Shown: positions 8,901 through 18,772, counted from the stretch's first letter. The stretch: 64,000 nucleotides of DNA from a candidate division WWE3 bacterium (GCA_013335095.1 JAAXWF010000001.1:22797-86796), one strand, 5' to 3'. Made by a program: numbers and translations. The notes: generated from the sequence alone by a model not told the origin.

Positions 8901-9443
8901 ATGAACTATAAATTCAGAATACTTATTGCCATCAATGCAATATTTGTTTTAGCAGGAAGTCTATTTGTGCCTTTATTCTCTCTTTTTGTAGAATACTTAG
9001 GCGGAAATGCACAATCTGCTGGCATAATGTATGCTACACAATTTACCTCAGCGCTTATTACGAACATCTACATTCTAAAACTAAATGACTCCAAACGTCT
9101 CGCAAAGTTACTTCTAACAATTAATTATGCGCTAAAGGGGTTTAGTTGGCTAATGCTATGCCTATTTCCCGGATGGATAATGCTCTTTGTTGTCCAAGTA
9201 CTAGGAGGGATAACACAAGCATTGGGAACCCCAGGATTTAATGTCTTAATAACAGAACGACTCGATAAAAAACAGCATATTAGGGAATGGGGATCGTGGG
9301 ATTTAGTCCAAAATATTTCGATCGCACTTGGAAGCATTATTGGCGGTAGCATTGCATATTATTATGGCTTTACGCTTCTTTTTTTAATAATGAGTGTACT
9401 GAGCTTTTTTGCCTTAGCGTTACTCTTAACGGTAAAAATATAA
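8901..9443 (+). CDS. Six-TM protein resembling the N-terminal half of an MFS transporter (truncated?)
   Basis: Motif-A-like LNDSKRLAKL between TM2 and TM3; no second half downstream. Confidence 0.4.
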   Translation: MNYKFRILIAINAIFVLAGSLFVPLFSLFVEYLGGNAQSAGIMYATQFTSALITNIYILKLNDSKRLAKLLLTINYALKGFSWLMLCLFPGWIMLFVVQVLGGITQALGTPGFNVLITERLDKKQHIREWGSWDLVQNISIALGSIIGGSIAYYYGFTLLFLIMSVLSFFALALLLTVKI

Positions 9444-9517
9444 TGGGTAAAAGCCCCCGTATATGTTGCCTATACAACAATCGACATTGAACTTATATAA
9501 TTAATTCTGTTGGCCCT

Positions 9518-11182
9518 ATGCGAAAAAAGAATTTACACGTTTCAAGTGACCTAATCATCTTGATTGGAGGTTTCTCAGCAAGCCTTATTGGTGTATTTCT
9601 TGTCGTCTCAGCTTTATTTCCTACCAGCAATAATTCAAATATATTGACCACTAAACTAACACAGACACAAGCGGCAAACAGTTTTACCGATACATTTGAT
9701 GGGAAACCGACATCACCACAACCATTTACCCAAATAGGACAAAGCACCTGGGATATAGCCATACAATCACGGAATCCAGACACGTGGGATACGTTAGTTC
9801 CATTCCAGATGATGCATGGACCTAACTGTGAACCACCACTTATGACTGGCGCGACAGCTCCATATGATCATCATGAATTAATGGTTCATGACTGGGATGG
9901 GAATTATGATAGTGCGGTATTTAAATGTGCCGACCATATCATGACCGGAATTTATGGAATTGGGCGATCTATTAATGATGGATATGCAATGATTGCATTA
10001 ACTCCTAATCAAATGGTTGATTTTACCAACGGACCCGCAACAATACGGTGGGATATGACGACGTTTAGAACAACTCAACGTGATTGGGTTGATGTGTGGA
10101 TCACGCCCTATGACGATAACCTCCAGTTACCATTTGATACAGGTGATGTAGATTTACAAGGAATGCCAATGAATACAGTGCACTTAACAATGACCGCACC
10201 GAATGATAATTCAAAAACAGGTTTCAAACCGACCATAATTATTAATGGACAAGATACCGGTGAATTTCAACAGTTTACCGGTGACTATGATTCATTTTTG
10301 GCCTATGAAGATTATTTACCATCAAAAGCAGGAGATCCAAAACGTCGTGATACGTTTGAAATTACCATAAGCAAAACTCATCTTAAAATGTGTATGCCTC
10401 AAGATACCACTGATAATGCTCCATCTGAGACACTGTGTTGGGTCGATAAGAATATCAAGTCATTACCATTCACAAAAGGGGTGGTTCAATTCGCCCATCA
10501 CTCGTATACACCAAATAAAGACTGCGATTTTTACACGCCCTTACCATGCGGTCCGGACACGTGGCATTGGGATAATATATCAATTTCACCTTCGGTACCA
10601 TTTACCATGATTAAAGCCGATCAAAGAGCGGTACGAGGCGAGACACAGGTTGTCACATTTACTCAATCGGCTCCGGCGAACGCTAAATTGCGCTTTAGTG
10701 CAATTGGATCAGTTCAACTCAGTTTTAATAACGGTTCTTTTCAGTCTGTTACAAACCAATCATCAACCTTATACCACTCAGATCATTTTGCTTCATATTT
10801 TGTAAATATCCCACAAGGGACATCAACAGTTCGGTTTAAATTATCCGGCTCAGAGGTTATGGCAAAAGATTTCGCGATTTGGTCACAAGCAGCGCCAACA
10901 GGGACAACTCCGACACCAATCATAACAACGGCTCCATCACCCACCACACAACCAACACGCACTCCAACCCCAACGATTACGGGAACGACTGTTCTAGGAG
11001 ATATTAACCGGGACCGTATCGTTAATGTATTAGATCTGGGAATACTTGTTGGACTGTATGGGCGTCAAACATCTAGTGATGTAGCAAATGTGAACTTGCA
11101 GCGATCTGATTTAAATGGAAATGGATTAATAGACATTTACGATATTGGAATCCTCTCGGCAAACTACGGTAAAACATACTAG
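9518..11182 (+). CDS. Secreted protein with Pro/Thr linker and C-terminal type-I dockerin module
   Basis: N-terminal signal anchor; PT-rich linker; duplicated Ca-binding segments DINRDRIVNVLD / DLNGNGLIDIYD. Confidence 0.6.
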   Translation: MRKKNLHVSSDLIILIGGFSASLIGVFLVVSALFPTSNNSNILTTKLTQTQAANSFTDTFDGKPTSPQPFTQIGQSTWDIAIQSRNPDTWDTLVPFQMMHGPNCEPPLMTGATAPYDHHELMVHDWDGNYDSAVFKCADHIMTGIYGIGRSINDGYAMIALTPNQMVDFTNGPATIRWDMTTFRTTQRDWVDVWITPYDDNLQLPFDTGDVDLQGMPMNTVHLTMTAPNDNSKTGFKPTIIINGQDTGEFQQFTGDYDSFLAYEDYLPSKAGDPKRRDTFEITISKTHLKMCMPQDTTDNAPSETLCWVDKNIKSLPFTKGVVQFAHHSYTPNKDCDFYTPLPCGPDTWHWDNISISPSVPFTMIKADQRAVRGETQVVTFTQSAPANAKLRFSAIGSVQLSFNNGSFQSVTNQSSTLYHSDHFASYFVNIPQGTSTVRFKLSGSEVMAKDFAIWSQAAPTGTTPTPIITTAPSPTTQPTRTPTPTITGTTVLGDINRDRIVNVLDLGILVGLYGRQTSSDVANVNLQRSDLNGNGLIDIYDIGILSANYGKTY

Positions 11183-11235
11183 CGCATAGTTAAAAAAACT
11201 TTTCAATATTTTTAATGAAATTTTTAAAGAGAACG

Positions 11236-11272
11236 TGGGGCCTGAATTTTATAGTTCAGCCCCCAGCGTCTC
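11236..11272. terminator. Bidirectional hairpin (ggggcctgaa...ttcagcccc) between convergent genes
   Basis: Inverted repeat 9/10 bp. Confidence 0.45.
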
Positions 11273-11279
11273 AACAAGA

Positions 11280-11591
11280 TTACCAGCGATTTCCGCCGCC
11301 GTTATTGTAACCACCTTCGCGATTATCGCGATTTCCACGTGGTACCATTGGGCGAGCTTCGTTCACCTGAAGTTTTCGGCCACCGAGTTCATAACCATTA
11401 AACATGTTTATTGCATTCGCAGCTTCTTCATCAGATGACATTTCTACAAATCCGAACCCTTTACTGCGACCGGTTTCTCGATCAACAATAATTTGAACAG
11501 ATTGAATAGCGCCAGACTGTCCGAACAAGTCTTGTAATTCTTGTTCAGTAGTAGAGTAAGGTAATCCACCTACAAATAATTTTTTAGCCAT
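11280..11591 (-). CDS. RRM-type RNA-binding protein (paralog 2)
   Basis: KGFGFVEM RNP-1; aggaggtg RBS. Confidence 0.85.
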   Translation of the reverse strand: MAKKLFVGGLPYSTTEQELQDLFGQSGAIQSVQIIVDRETGRSKGFGFVEMSSDEEAANAINMFNGYELGGRKLQVNEARPMVPRGNRDNREGGYNNGGGNRW

Positions 11592-11745
11592 TCATAAAAC
11601 ACCTCCTACTCTGATTTTAGTTTGTTGAGTAACGCTGGAAATACTTAAGAAACACGAAGTTAGCACATGCAACTCTGGAAACTTAACCCCACACGCTTAT
11701 ACTCCCTAAATCACAGGGTGTAGACATATTATACCATCTATTTGG
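11592..11745 (-). promoter_or_regulatory. Promoter (TATAAT) plus about 130-nt conserved 5' leader of RRM gene 2
   Basis: Minus strand reads gGTATAATatgtctacaccctgtgatttaggg; shared gcatgtgc, tatttcca and aaaatcaga blocks. Confidence 0.5.
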
Positions 11746-11763
11746 CTTAAGATACACAAATCA

Positions 11764-12153
11764 TTACTTTCCTAGATTCATTAATTGCTTTAAATGTGAT
11801 TGAATGGATTCTTTTGGACTATAGTCCGACAAGATTGACGGCTCATGAGCCAGTGCATTAATGCCTTTAACGTTATAGCGCGGAACTAAATGCCAATGGA
11901 CCTGATTAACCTCATCCATATACATTAAATAGACCTTTTCGACAGCTAAAGCACCAAGCATAGCCGTACGTACAGAATTCACCATATCCATCAAGTACTC
12001 ATAGTCGCTTCGAGTTAGGAGATGGAGGTCAGCTACACTGTTATTCCAAACAATAACCGTATGCCCTGGAGTAAGGGGAAATGAAGCTAGGCACACATAT
12101 AATTTGTCATCTTGGTAAATTAAACTTTGTGGATCTGGCGCGGGTAAATTCAC
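11764..12153 (-). CDS. HIT-family hydrolase
   Basis: Histidine triad VHWHLVP. Confidence 0.7.
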   Translation of the reverse strand: MNLPAPDPQSLIYQDDKLYVCLASFPLTPGHTVIVWNNSVADLHLLTRSDYEYLMDMVNSVRTAMLGALAVEKVYLMYMDEVNQVHWHLVPRYNVKGINALAHEPSILSDYSPKESIQSHLKQLMNLGK

Positions 12154-12169
12154 GTACGTATCATAACAA

Positions 12170-12212
12170 AAAAGGCGCGAGGATGTTACTCCCCGCGCGT
12201 GTATTAACCCAC
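12170..12212 (-). terminator. Terminator hairpin (gcgcgagg...ccccgcgc); minus-strand fold has a G-U pair, plus-strand has a C-A mismatch
   Basis: Same motif repeated at 13049-13083. Confidence 0.55.
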
Positions 12213-12229
12213 CGACACCAGCCAGACCC

Positions 12230-12895
12230 CTAGATCAGCTCGGTATCTTTGACCATCGAGAGGGCTGCCTGCGCCATGTTACCTAATCGAACCCGATCGA
12301 TATCGACGACAGGATAAAAACACCGATGGCTAATGTATTGGGCAAGAGGTTCGTCCCGATAGAAGGCGCGCCGCTCAACCCACACCCCCGAGATCCTGTC
12401 ATATATCTTGATAATATACGACCGGCTTACGTGTAACATCTCCGTTGGTTCGTAGCAGATCGCTAGACCATCCAACTGAGGGCGAATATAACTCAGGTCC
12501 CCCCCAGCTAAAGCAAACGTTACCATATCCAGAATCAGGTCCTTACCTGCGCGCAGTCGTGGAGACACGGTGACGCCACCAGCCAAGACCTGATCATAGA
12601 CCGCGCGACGCGATTGCCGAATCAGTTGCCGAAGATCGCTCGGCAGCTGATCCCGGTGAATAAGGACCTCAGTTATGGCCAATGCCGTAGCATACCGTTC
12701 ACCTTCGGGGATTTCGCCATTGAAGCTTATTGACCCCAAGCCTAATAGCCCCAATGAAATTGTCACCTTCCCATGAGAGGTGATCAAGCAGACCATCCAT
12801 TGATGGTTGTCCGTTGGTTGAGTTGCCCTACTGACCTCGACCTGACCGAAGATCGTTTCGATCGTGAGCTTATTGTCCGAAGTTACTGCGTCCAC
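12230..12895 (-). CDS. Hypothetical protein (high-GC), tandem paralog A
   Basis: 221 aa; alignable throughout with 13099-13797. Confidence 0.55.
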   Translation of the reverse strand: MDAVTSDNKLTIETIFGQVEVSRATQPTDNHQWMVCLITSHGKVTISLGLLGLGSISFNGEIPEGERYATALAITEVLIHRDQLPSDLRQLIRQSRRAVYDQVLAGGVTVSPRLRAGKDLILDMVTFALAGGDLSYIRPQLDGLAICYEPTEMLHVSRSYIIKIYDRISGVWVERRAFYRDEPLAQYISHRCFYPVVDIDRVRLGNMAQAALSMVKDTELI

Positions 12896-13048
12896 GAAAT
12901 GTCCTCCTCAAGTGATGTCGAACACACGACTCCCTATTCGGTCGATATCCCAGACGTTAAATCTGTCCTCGAATCGAGGCAGATAAGTATCTAATGTTTT
13001 AGGTACTTGGCTGCCTTGACTGACTTTTTCAAAATAATAGAGTAAAAA

Positions 13049-13083
13049 AAGGCGCGAGGATGTGAATCCCCGCGCCCGCGTAC
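13049..13083 (-). terminator. Second copy of the gcgcgagg/ccccgcgc terminator
   Basis: aaaaaaaggcgcgaggatgtgaatccccgcgc. Confidence 0.55.
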
Positions 13084-13098
13084 CCGACTTGAACCGAC

Positions 13099-13797
13099 TT
13101 ACTTCTGGACCTGGTCCAGCCAGTTGTCGTAGACCACGAACCCCGTCTGCCCGATCATCGGATAGAGAAGGCTAGCGCTGGCCACAATCGTCCTGGCCAA
13201 CCCTTCCGGATCGTCCCCCAACGTCGCCGTCGGGAAAAACCGGAGGAGGTCAATCTGAGGATGCCCGTCTGTTAGATGGACAATTGTCTGCTCGGCATAC
13301 ACGCCGAGGTGACCGTCCAGCTCCCGCATCATGTAAGCACGAGTGATCCGGAGAGCCTCGCGATAGATAAAGCTAATCTCCACCCCGCCGTTCACCATCC
13401 GAACCACGCTCCCGCCACGCATGGCAAAGGCTATCATGTCGGCAGCGAGCTCAGTACAGGCGGTGGTCTGCCGCGACCACAGCACCTCTTTGCCGACGAC
13501 ATTATGGTACATTTCGTACCGATGGCGGCGCAGAGCGGCTTCGAGCTCCTGGGGCACCTGCGGGTGCCCGATCAGCAGTTCGATCAGCGAGAGGGTCATG
13601 GCCCTCTTCTCATTGGCAGGCTCGCCGCCGGGCCGGCTCATCAAGCCATCCCGATCGATGCTGAACAGGAACCCGCCAGCATAGTCTGCCCAGATCTCGT
13701 ACCGCCTATCATCCAGGCCGGTCCGGGGCGGGATCTCGATCCGGACGTTGCCGAACGCGGTCTCGATCACGATCTGGTTAGCCTTAGTCGTGGGCAT
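13099..13797 (-). CDS. Hypothetical protein (high-GC), tandem paralog B
   Basis: 232 aa. Confidence 0.55.
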   Translation of the reverse strand: MPTTKANQIVIETAFGNVRIEIPPRTGLDDRRYEIWADYAGGFLFSIDRDGLMSRPGGEPANEKRAMTLSLIELLIGHPQVPQELEAALRRHRYEMYHNVVGKEVLWSRQTTACTELAADMIAFAMRGGSVVRMVNGGVEISFIYREALRITRAYMMRELDGHLGVYAEQTIVHLTDGHPQIDLLRFFPTATLGDDPEGLARTIVASASLLYPMIGQTGFVVYDNWLDQVQK

Positions 13798-13875
13798 AAG
13801 ACCCTCCTAGTAGTAAATACGATGCCAGCACAGCTGGCGCCATAAGTCCTCAACAGGACAACGAATTGCCCTGGC

Positions 13876-13926
13876 CCGTGGGGGCACGAAATCTGTTAAA
13901 CGTTAACCGATTACGCACCCCCACGG
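13876..13926. promoter_or_regulatory. 9-bp inverted repeat (ccgtggggg ... cccccacgg) with 33-nt spacer in the leader region of 13099-13797
   Basis: Seen directly; lies 80-130 nt upstream of the start codon at 13797. Confidence 0.3.
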
Positions 13927-14028
13927 TATCTTGTGTAAAAGTACTTTGGAGCATAAAAGCCCCTTATGTATTAAGTATATCAAATATAGGCTTATAGTAA
14001 AAGCGGCGGTTATGTAAAATATAAAAGC

Positions 14029-14586
14029 TTATTCAGCACGTAGTATTCCGATTTGGGTTTTCCCATCGCTGATTAAATCGACAAGCTCAGATCGACTCGG
14101 TGAAAAATAAAAGACTTCGCCAGGAACGATATTAGGTATGACCTGATGCCTTTTATTCATATACACAAAATTATTCAATTTGGGTTCGATAAGAGTAAAT
14201 CCACATTTTTTATAAAATGGTAATAATTCAGTCTCACAGAATCCTAACGCTGGCTTATTAGTTTTTAATAAGTACTTTTTCACACTCGACATCAACAAAC
14301 GACCCAAGCCTTTTCCCTTTTGGATAGCAATCACAGTCGAAATACATATAATCTTTTCTTTTTTACCTTGAACTACGATTGGTATCCTCCGCAGCTTGCC
14401 GAAAGCTAAAAGTCGATGATTAAACTTTGAATACAACAAAAAAAATAAAGATGTTGAAACCTCGGGATCGTTCTTATTCAACGTGGTCCGGGAGTGAAAT
14501 TCGCGTACACGATACGTATTAATAATTTCAAGCGTTGATCCTGATAAAGCACGACCTTGCATCTTTTGGAGGGTATATTGTGACAT
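14029..14586 (-). CDS. GNAT-family N-acetyltransferase (low-GC)
   Basis: Motif A QKGKGLGRLLM; start uncertain (14586 or 14604). Confidence 0.6.
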   Translation of the reverse strand: MSQYTLQKMQGRALSGSTLEIINTYRVREFHSRTTLNKNDPEVSTSLFFLLYSKFNHRLLAFGKLRRIPIVVQGKKEKIICISTVIAIQKGKGLGRLLMSSVKKYLLKTNKPALGFCETELLPFYKKCGFTLIEPKLNNFVYMNKRHQVIPNIVPGEVFYFSPSRSELVDLISDGKTQIGILRAE

Positions 14587-14607
14587 TAGTACGAATTGTA
14601 ACAAAAA

Positions 14608-14637
14608 AACCGCCGTAGGTTACCCCACGGCGGCATA
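14608..14637 (-). terminator. Hairpin ccgccgtagg/cccacggcgg with U-tract for minus gene 14656-15036
   Basis: Inverted repeat preceded by A7 on plus strand. Confidence 0.55.
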
Positions 14638-14655
14638 AGCACTCTCTCGAAAGAC

Positions 14656-15036
14656 CTACTCGGAGTACCGAGCGACCAGCTCGGCAATCGGATCAGTCCC
14701 CAACTCAGGAGGACATTTGGCCTCGTCGAAGTAAAGCTTGACCTGGCGTAGAATCGCCAGAGTAAGCCGCATCGCGGCCATTGGCATAGGTTGGCCAACG
14801 TCCTTGTTAGTAACCGTGACCATCCGCCCCAACGGGCCATTACCACGCGGATGGACGGTGACCTCAATTGACCCGTCAGACCAAATCCAGAATTCACCTT
14901 CTCGAATCGCGATGGCTAGGTGAGCCAAGGCGATAAAGTCGAACGAGATGCCGTACTGCATAGAGACTTCGCCAAACTCACGGGCCGCTTGAGCGGCATT
15001 TACGCGAGTAGTGAACATCTCCTCCACTCTAGGCAT
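14656..15036 (-). CDS. Hypothetical protein (high-GC)
   Basis: 126 aa; adjacent to the upstream gene (operon). Confidence 0.5.
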   Translation of the reverse strand: MPRVEEMFTTRVNAAQAAREFGEVSMQYGISFDFIALAHLAIAIREGEFWIWSDGSIEVTVHPRGNGPLGRMVTVTNKDVGQPMPMAAMRLTLAILRQVKLYFDEAKCPPELGTDPIAELVARYSE

Positions 15037-15048
15037 GCCATGACCTCC

Positions 15049-15399
15049 TTAGAACTTTGCGAACCACTGTCCGCTAAATCGAATCTCCGGATACCCTTCG
15101 ATCACCAGCCACTGGCGGTGTCCGACAGCAACCAGAAGCGGTTGCCAGCTCTCATCCGGCAAACACGCTGGACTGTGGTACTCGCCATCATGATGATGAC
15201 AAGCAGGCTCATCGACAGGAACCGGAATGACCTCCCTCACCCGAAATGGGCCGCACCCATAGCTCCGAAGGTGGAGCTCTTCCATCAGATTGGTATGGGA
15301 CTCGCGATCCCAAACGACCAGATCACCAGGAGCAAATAGCTCCCGCTCCATTGCCGCAGTCTGCGGGTCAGTAGAAACCGCCACAAGCGTGGGACTCAT
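15049..15399 (-). CDS. Hypothetical Cys/His-rich protein (CHHHDGEYHSPAC)
   Basis: ATG 15399 with aaggaggg RBS. Confidence 0.5.
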   Translation of the reverse strand: MSPTLVAVSTDPQTAAMERELFAPGDLVVWDRESHTNLMEELHLRSYGCGPFRVREVIPVPVDEPACHHHDGEYHSPACLPDESWQPLLVAVGHRQWLVIEGYPEIRFSGQWFAKF

Positions 15400-15630
15400 C
15401 GTACCCTCCTTGCATGGCTCAATTCCTCGCCATCCCGGCGACACAATAGGTGCGTATCATTTTAATAGATTCCCGACAATAAATCAAACACTATAGGTAA
15501 CCGCATCAAGATGGAGTCGCAGCAGCTTTATTTGTTATAAATACATATTTTTGATACAATCGGTCCGTCCTATAAGACAATTCAGGAGTCTGAAAAGCTG
15601 CTGAATTTGGCTGGTTTCAAAGGAGGGTCA

Positions 15631-17838
15631 ATGGCCGCCAAACAGGAAGTCCTAAACCTGGAGCGATTCTCAGGGGCCGCACGGAATCTACTCCGCGATG
15701 CCCTAATAATCGCCTCCGAGGCCGAACACAAGTCCTACGTCAGCTTCGAGCATCTGCTACTGGCGATTCTACAATCGACAGACGCGAATGCATACCGGCT
15801 GCTGGTGGACGCCGGATGTGAACCGGAACGACTCCGGGCAACTATCCGGGCTACGGCTGTTCGAACGCCTCAGGTTAATGGGGTGCTACTCACACACGGT
15901 GAGCTATCGCTGCCGCTTAGTACTGATGCCGCCCGCATTATCGAACGATCTCGTGAAGCTGCATCAAAATTCAGTGCAGCTAAAATCGGATCGGATCATC
16001 TGCTACTGGCGATGTTCGAGGTTGACGAAAGTCGAATCGTCCTCGTCGCAGCCGGCGTTCGCGTTGAAACGATCAAAAGCCTCGTGCTTGAGATCCACCA
16101 AAGCGGACACACCGAAAAAGGTGATGCGGCAATCATCGGCCTGGAAGAGCTTGGCACTCAAGCAGGCCAACTCGAGCCGATCATCAACGTGACTATCGTT
16201 GACGCACTCTGGACACTGTGGACTCATCGTCGCTTGCCGGGGGTCCTATTATTCGCCGAGAGTGGCGCGCCAGCTTGGGATCAAATCCTTGGTCTGGTAC
16301 GCCGACTAAGCTCAACCAAGGAGCCAAAGTTTAGCCTCATCGCGATTTCGCCCGATGCATATCTGAGTAACCCGATCCTGACGATTCAGGCGGCGATTCG
16401 GCGTGCATTGGATGAAAAAGCGATCTTGATCCTTCCCGATATTGGCCAATATGTAGGTCAAGTCGAAGACGGATTCACGACGGCAGTAAGCTTGGTTCGT
16501 GAGGCAGTGCAAAACAGCGGACTCAAGATAGTTGGGATCGCTGAACCGGCCTATCGATCAGTATTATCGAAGGATCGTCTGTTTAGTCGAATGAGGTTTA
16601 CAGACGTCGAAGCCACAACGATAGATCAAACGATCGCCTATATTACAAGGCTGATCGAGACTCTTGTTGATGGCCGAATTACGTTTGCTGAGGATACCCT
16701 CAAGCAAATTGTAGAACTCGCGGATCAGTATCTCCCGCGAGAGTTACCTGGCTGCGCGATTGACCTAACCTACGACGTAGTAGCCGCAGCCGAACTCGTC
16801 TTCGATCAGCAGCAAACTGAGTCGGTCCAGATTGATGGGAATCTCGTACTAGCTGTGCTAGAGAGGCTCACCAACCTTCCACTCGGTAAGCTGATTGGTA
16901 CAGAAAAAGAGAGACTGGCGCAGATGGAGGAAATCATCCATCGTCGCTACGTTAATCAAAAAGATGCAGTGACCGCACTGGCGCGCTCGATAAGGCGCAG
17001 TCGCACTGCATTCCGGGATAAACGACGCCCAATCGGCACGTTTCTATTTCTCGGAACAACCGGAACCGGCAAAACAGAGCTCACCAAAGCTCTGGCCGAA
17101 TTTCTGTTTGGGTCGGACGAAGCCCTGGTGGGCATCGATATGAACGAGTTTGCTGAACCACATACCGTGTCAGCACTACTTGGTTCACCCGTCGGTTATG
17201 AAGGCCACAGTCAGTCTACCCCACTGGATGTGGTTGCCCAACGACCATTTATGGTAGTCCGGTTCGATGAGATCGAGAAGGCACACGACGACGTGCTGCT
17301 TGCTCTGCTCGGACTGATGGAAAACGGATATATTACAACTCGGAGTGGACGAAGGATTAACTTCCGACACACGGTTGTGATTATGACGTCAAACGTAGGG
17401 TCGGAATACCTACGAGGAGAGGATCCAGGATCTGAAAAAGACCAAGCGCTCGCAGCGCTTAAGGATCGTTTTCGCCCGGAGTTCCTCAATAGGGTCGATC
17501 GAACGATCGTCTTTTCACCCTTTAGCAGTGACGATCTGCAGAAGGTTGCCGGGATGTTCCTGGCTTCAACGGTAAAAGAAGCCGCTGAAGAAGGGATCAA
17601 CCTGGTAGTCGCCGCCACGACCTTGCAGCAACTTGTAGCCAACATGGCTCAGGAGTGCAAACAATACGGCGCACGACCACTTCGTCGAGTCATTGATGTA
17701 CTCGAAGAGGTGATTGTCGATGGTATCGTTGCTGGCATATTCAAACCAGGACAAACCGTCGAGGTTCGATTCATGGATAATAAGTTGGAACCGGTCATCG
17801 TATCGGATACATCAGAGGAGGGAGCAGATCATGTCTGA
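15631..17838 (+). CDS. ClpC/ClpB-like AAA+ protein: two Clp_N repeats, degenerate NBD1 (Walker A replaced by ESGAPAWD; Walker B DE replaced by PD), intact NBD2 (GTTGTGKTEL, FDEIEKAH, GARPLRR)
   Basis: aaggaggg RBS; ATG 15631; motif comparison with ClpC/ClpB. Confidence 0.7.
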   Translation: MAAKQEVLNLERFSGAARNLLRDALIIASEAEHKSYVSFEHLLLAILQSTDANAYRLLVDAGCEPERLRATIRATAVRTPQVNGVLLTHGELSLPLSTDAARIIERSREAASKFSAAKIGSDHLLLAMFEVDESRIVLVAAGVRVETIKSLVLEIHQSGHTEKGDAAIIGLEELGTQAGQLEPIINVTIVDALWTLWTHRRLPGVLLFAESGAPAWDQILGLVRRLSSTKEPKFSLIAISPDAYLSNPILTIQAAIRRALDEKAILILPDIGQYVGQVEDGFTTAVSLVREAVQNSGLKIVGIAEPAYRSVLSKDRLFSRMRFTDVEATTIDQTIAYITRLIETLVDGRITFAEDTLKQIVELADQYLPRELPGCAIDLTYDVVAAAELVFDQQQTESVQIDGNLVLAVLERLTNLPLGKLIGTEKERLAQMEEIIHRRYVNQKDAVTALARSIRRSRTAFRDKRRPIGTFLFLGTTGTGKTELTKALAEFLFGSDEALVGIDMNEFAEPHTVSALLGSPVGYEGHSQSTPLDVVAQRPFMVVRFDEIEKAHDDVLLALLGLMENGYITTRSGRRINFRHTVVIMTSNVGSEYLRGEDPGSEKDQALAALKDRFRPEFLNRVDRTIVFSPFSSDDLQKVAGMFLASTVKEAAEEGINLVVAATTLQQLVANMAQECKQYGARPLRRVIDVLEEVIVDGIVAGIFKPGQTVEVRFMDNKLEPVIVSDTSEEGADHV

Positions 17839-18772
17839 CACGCCGGCGCCCGATACAACCGCTGCGGCTGAGAAACCGCAGTTGACAGCCGACGCAATCG
17901 TTACAATGATTGGTGGCTGGATTAGTCAGGGTCATTCAAGCGCCCGGATCTCACAGTACCTGGCAGTACGGGGTATCACCACAGACCTGGTCAGACAAGC
18001 CTGTGCGATGATTCGGCAGGCCGTAACCGAGCAAACCACTCAGGTAGCCGAACTGCGCACCCAGATGCAGGCTGATCTGGATACCGAAGAGTCTACGTAT
18101 ACCAGTGCTCGGGCTGTTCAGCAAGGTCTGCTGGATCAGGCTCAACAGATCATGGCACAAGCGAATGCGGTTCTCGCATTCTACGGTGCCCAGAGCGAAG
18201 CACAGCCTGCGGCGGCTGAGGGTGTGACGCAGGAAACAGCCGTAGAACCGGTGGAGGAAAAGCCCCGCTGGCCAAGTTTCCTCGGCAATATCTTCGAGGC
18301 GTTGTCGGTGGATGATGGACAAGCCGCGGTAGAAGCTGCTTCACTACAGACTGAGGCGAACACGGATATTGCCCAGCCAAGCACTCCATCGTTGGATGAT
18401 CCATATGTACCACTTCAGGTCATATTGGTCATAGCGGATCTATCGATCCAGACGACAAGGCGATGGGATAGTCTGCGGGCTTTATCGGTAGATGAAGGAC
18501 GAACGCCGGACCTAGATCTTGCCGATCTACAGACGACGTTTGAAGTTCTAAAGCCGCAGTTTGAGCGCGGCCGACTTATGGCGCAGCGCCAGGCACAGCA
18601 GAGTCAGTCGGCTATTGGAGTGTATGAAGCGCATTGGTCGCAAGTACGTGCGCAGAATGCACAAAACGTAGCTGAGCTCGACCAGAGGGCGGCGACACTC
18701 ACGAGCTTTAACCAAGCCTGTGACGCAGTGGAGACAATGATCGCCACAATTGAGGCTTCGACCCAGGCCTAA
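17831..18772 (+). CDS. Coiled-coil protein, translationally coupled to the ClpC-like gene (ATGTCTGA overlap)
   Basis: gaggaggg RBS inside the upstream gene; 313 aa, Q/A-rich heptad-like regions. Confidence 0.55.
   Translation: MSDTPAPDTTAAAEKPQLTADAIVTMIGGWISQGHSSARISQYLAVRGITTDLVRQACAMIRQAVTEQTTQVAELRTQMQADLDTEESTYTSARAVQQGLLDQAQQIMAQANAVLAFYGAQSEAQPAAAEGVTQETAVEPVEEKPRWPSFLGNIFEALSVDDGQAAVEAASLQTEANTDIAQPSTPSLDDPYVPLQVILVIADLSIQTTRRWDSLRALSVDEGRTPDLDLADLQTTFEVLKPQFERGRLMAQRQAQQSQSAIGVYEAHWSQVRAQNAQNVAELDQRAATLTSFNQACDAVETMIATIEASTQA

Noticed and set aside
9518-11182. Calling the window a classical cellulosome locus
   Set aside because: Only dockerins and one tentative single cohesin are present. 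There is no multi-cohesin scaffoldin and no recognisable cellulases, so the interpretation is limited to dockerin-bearing surface proteins.
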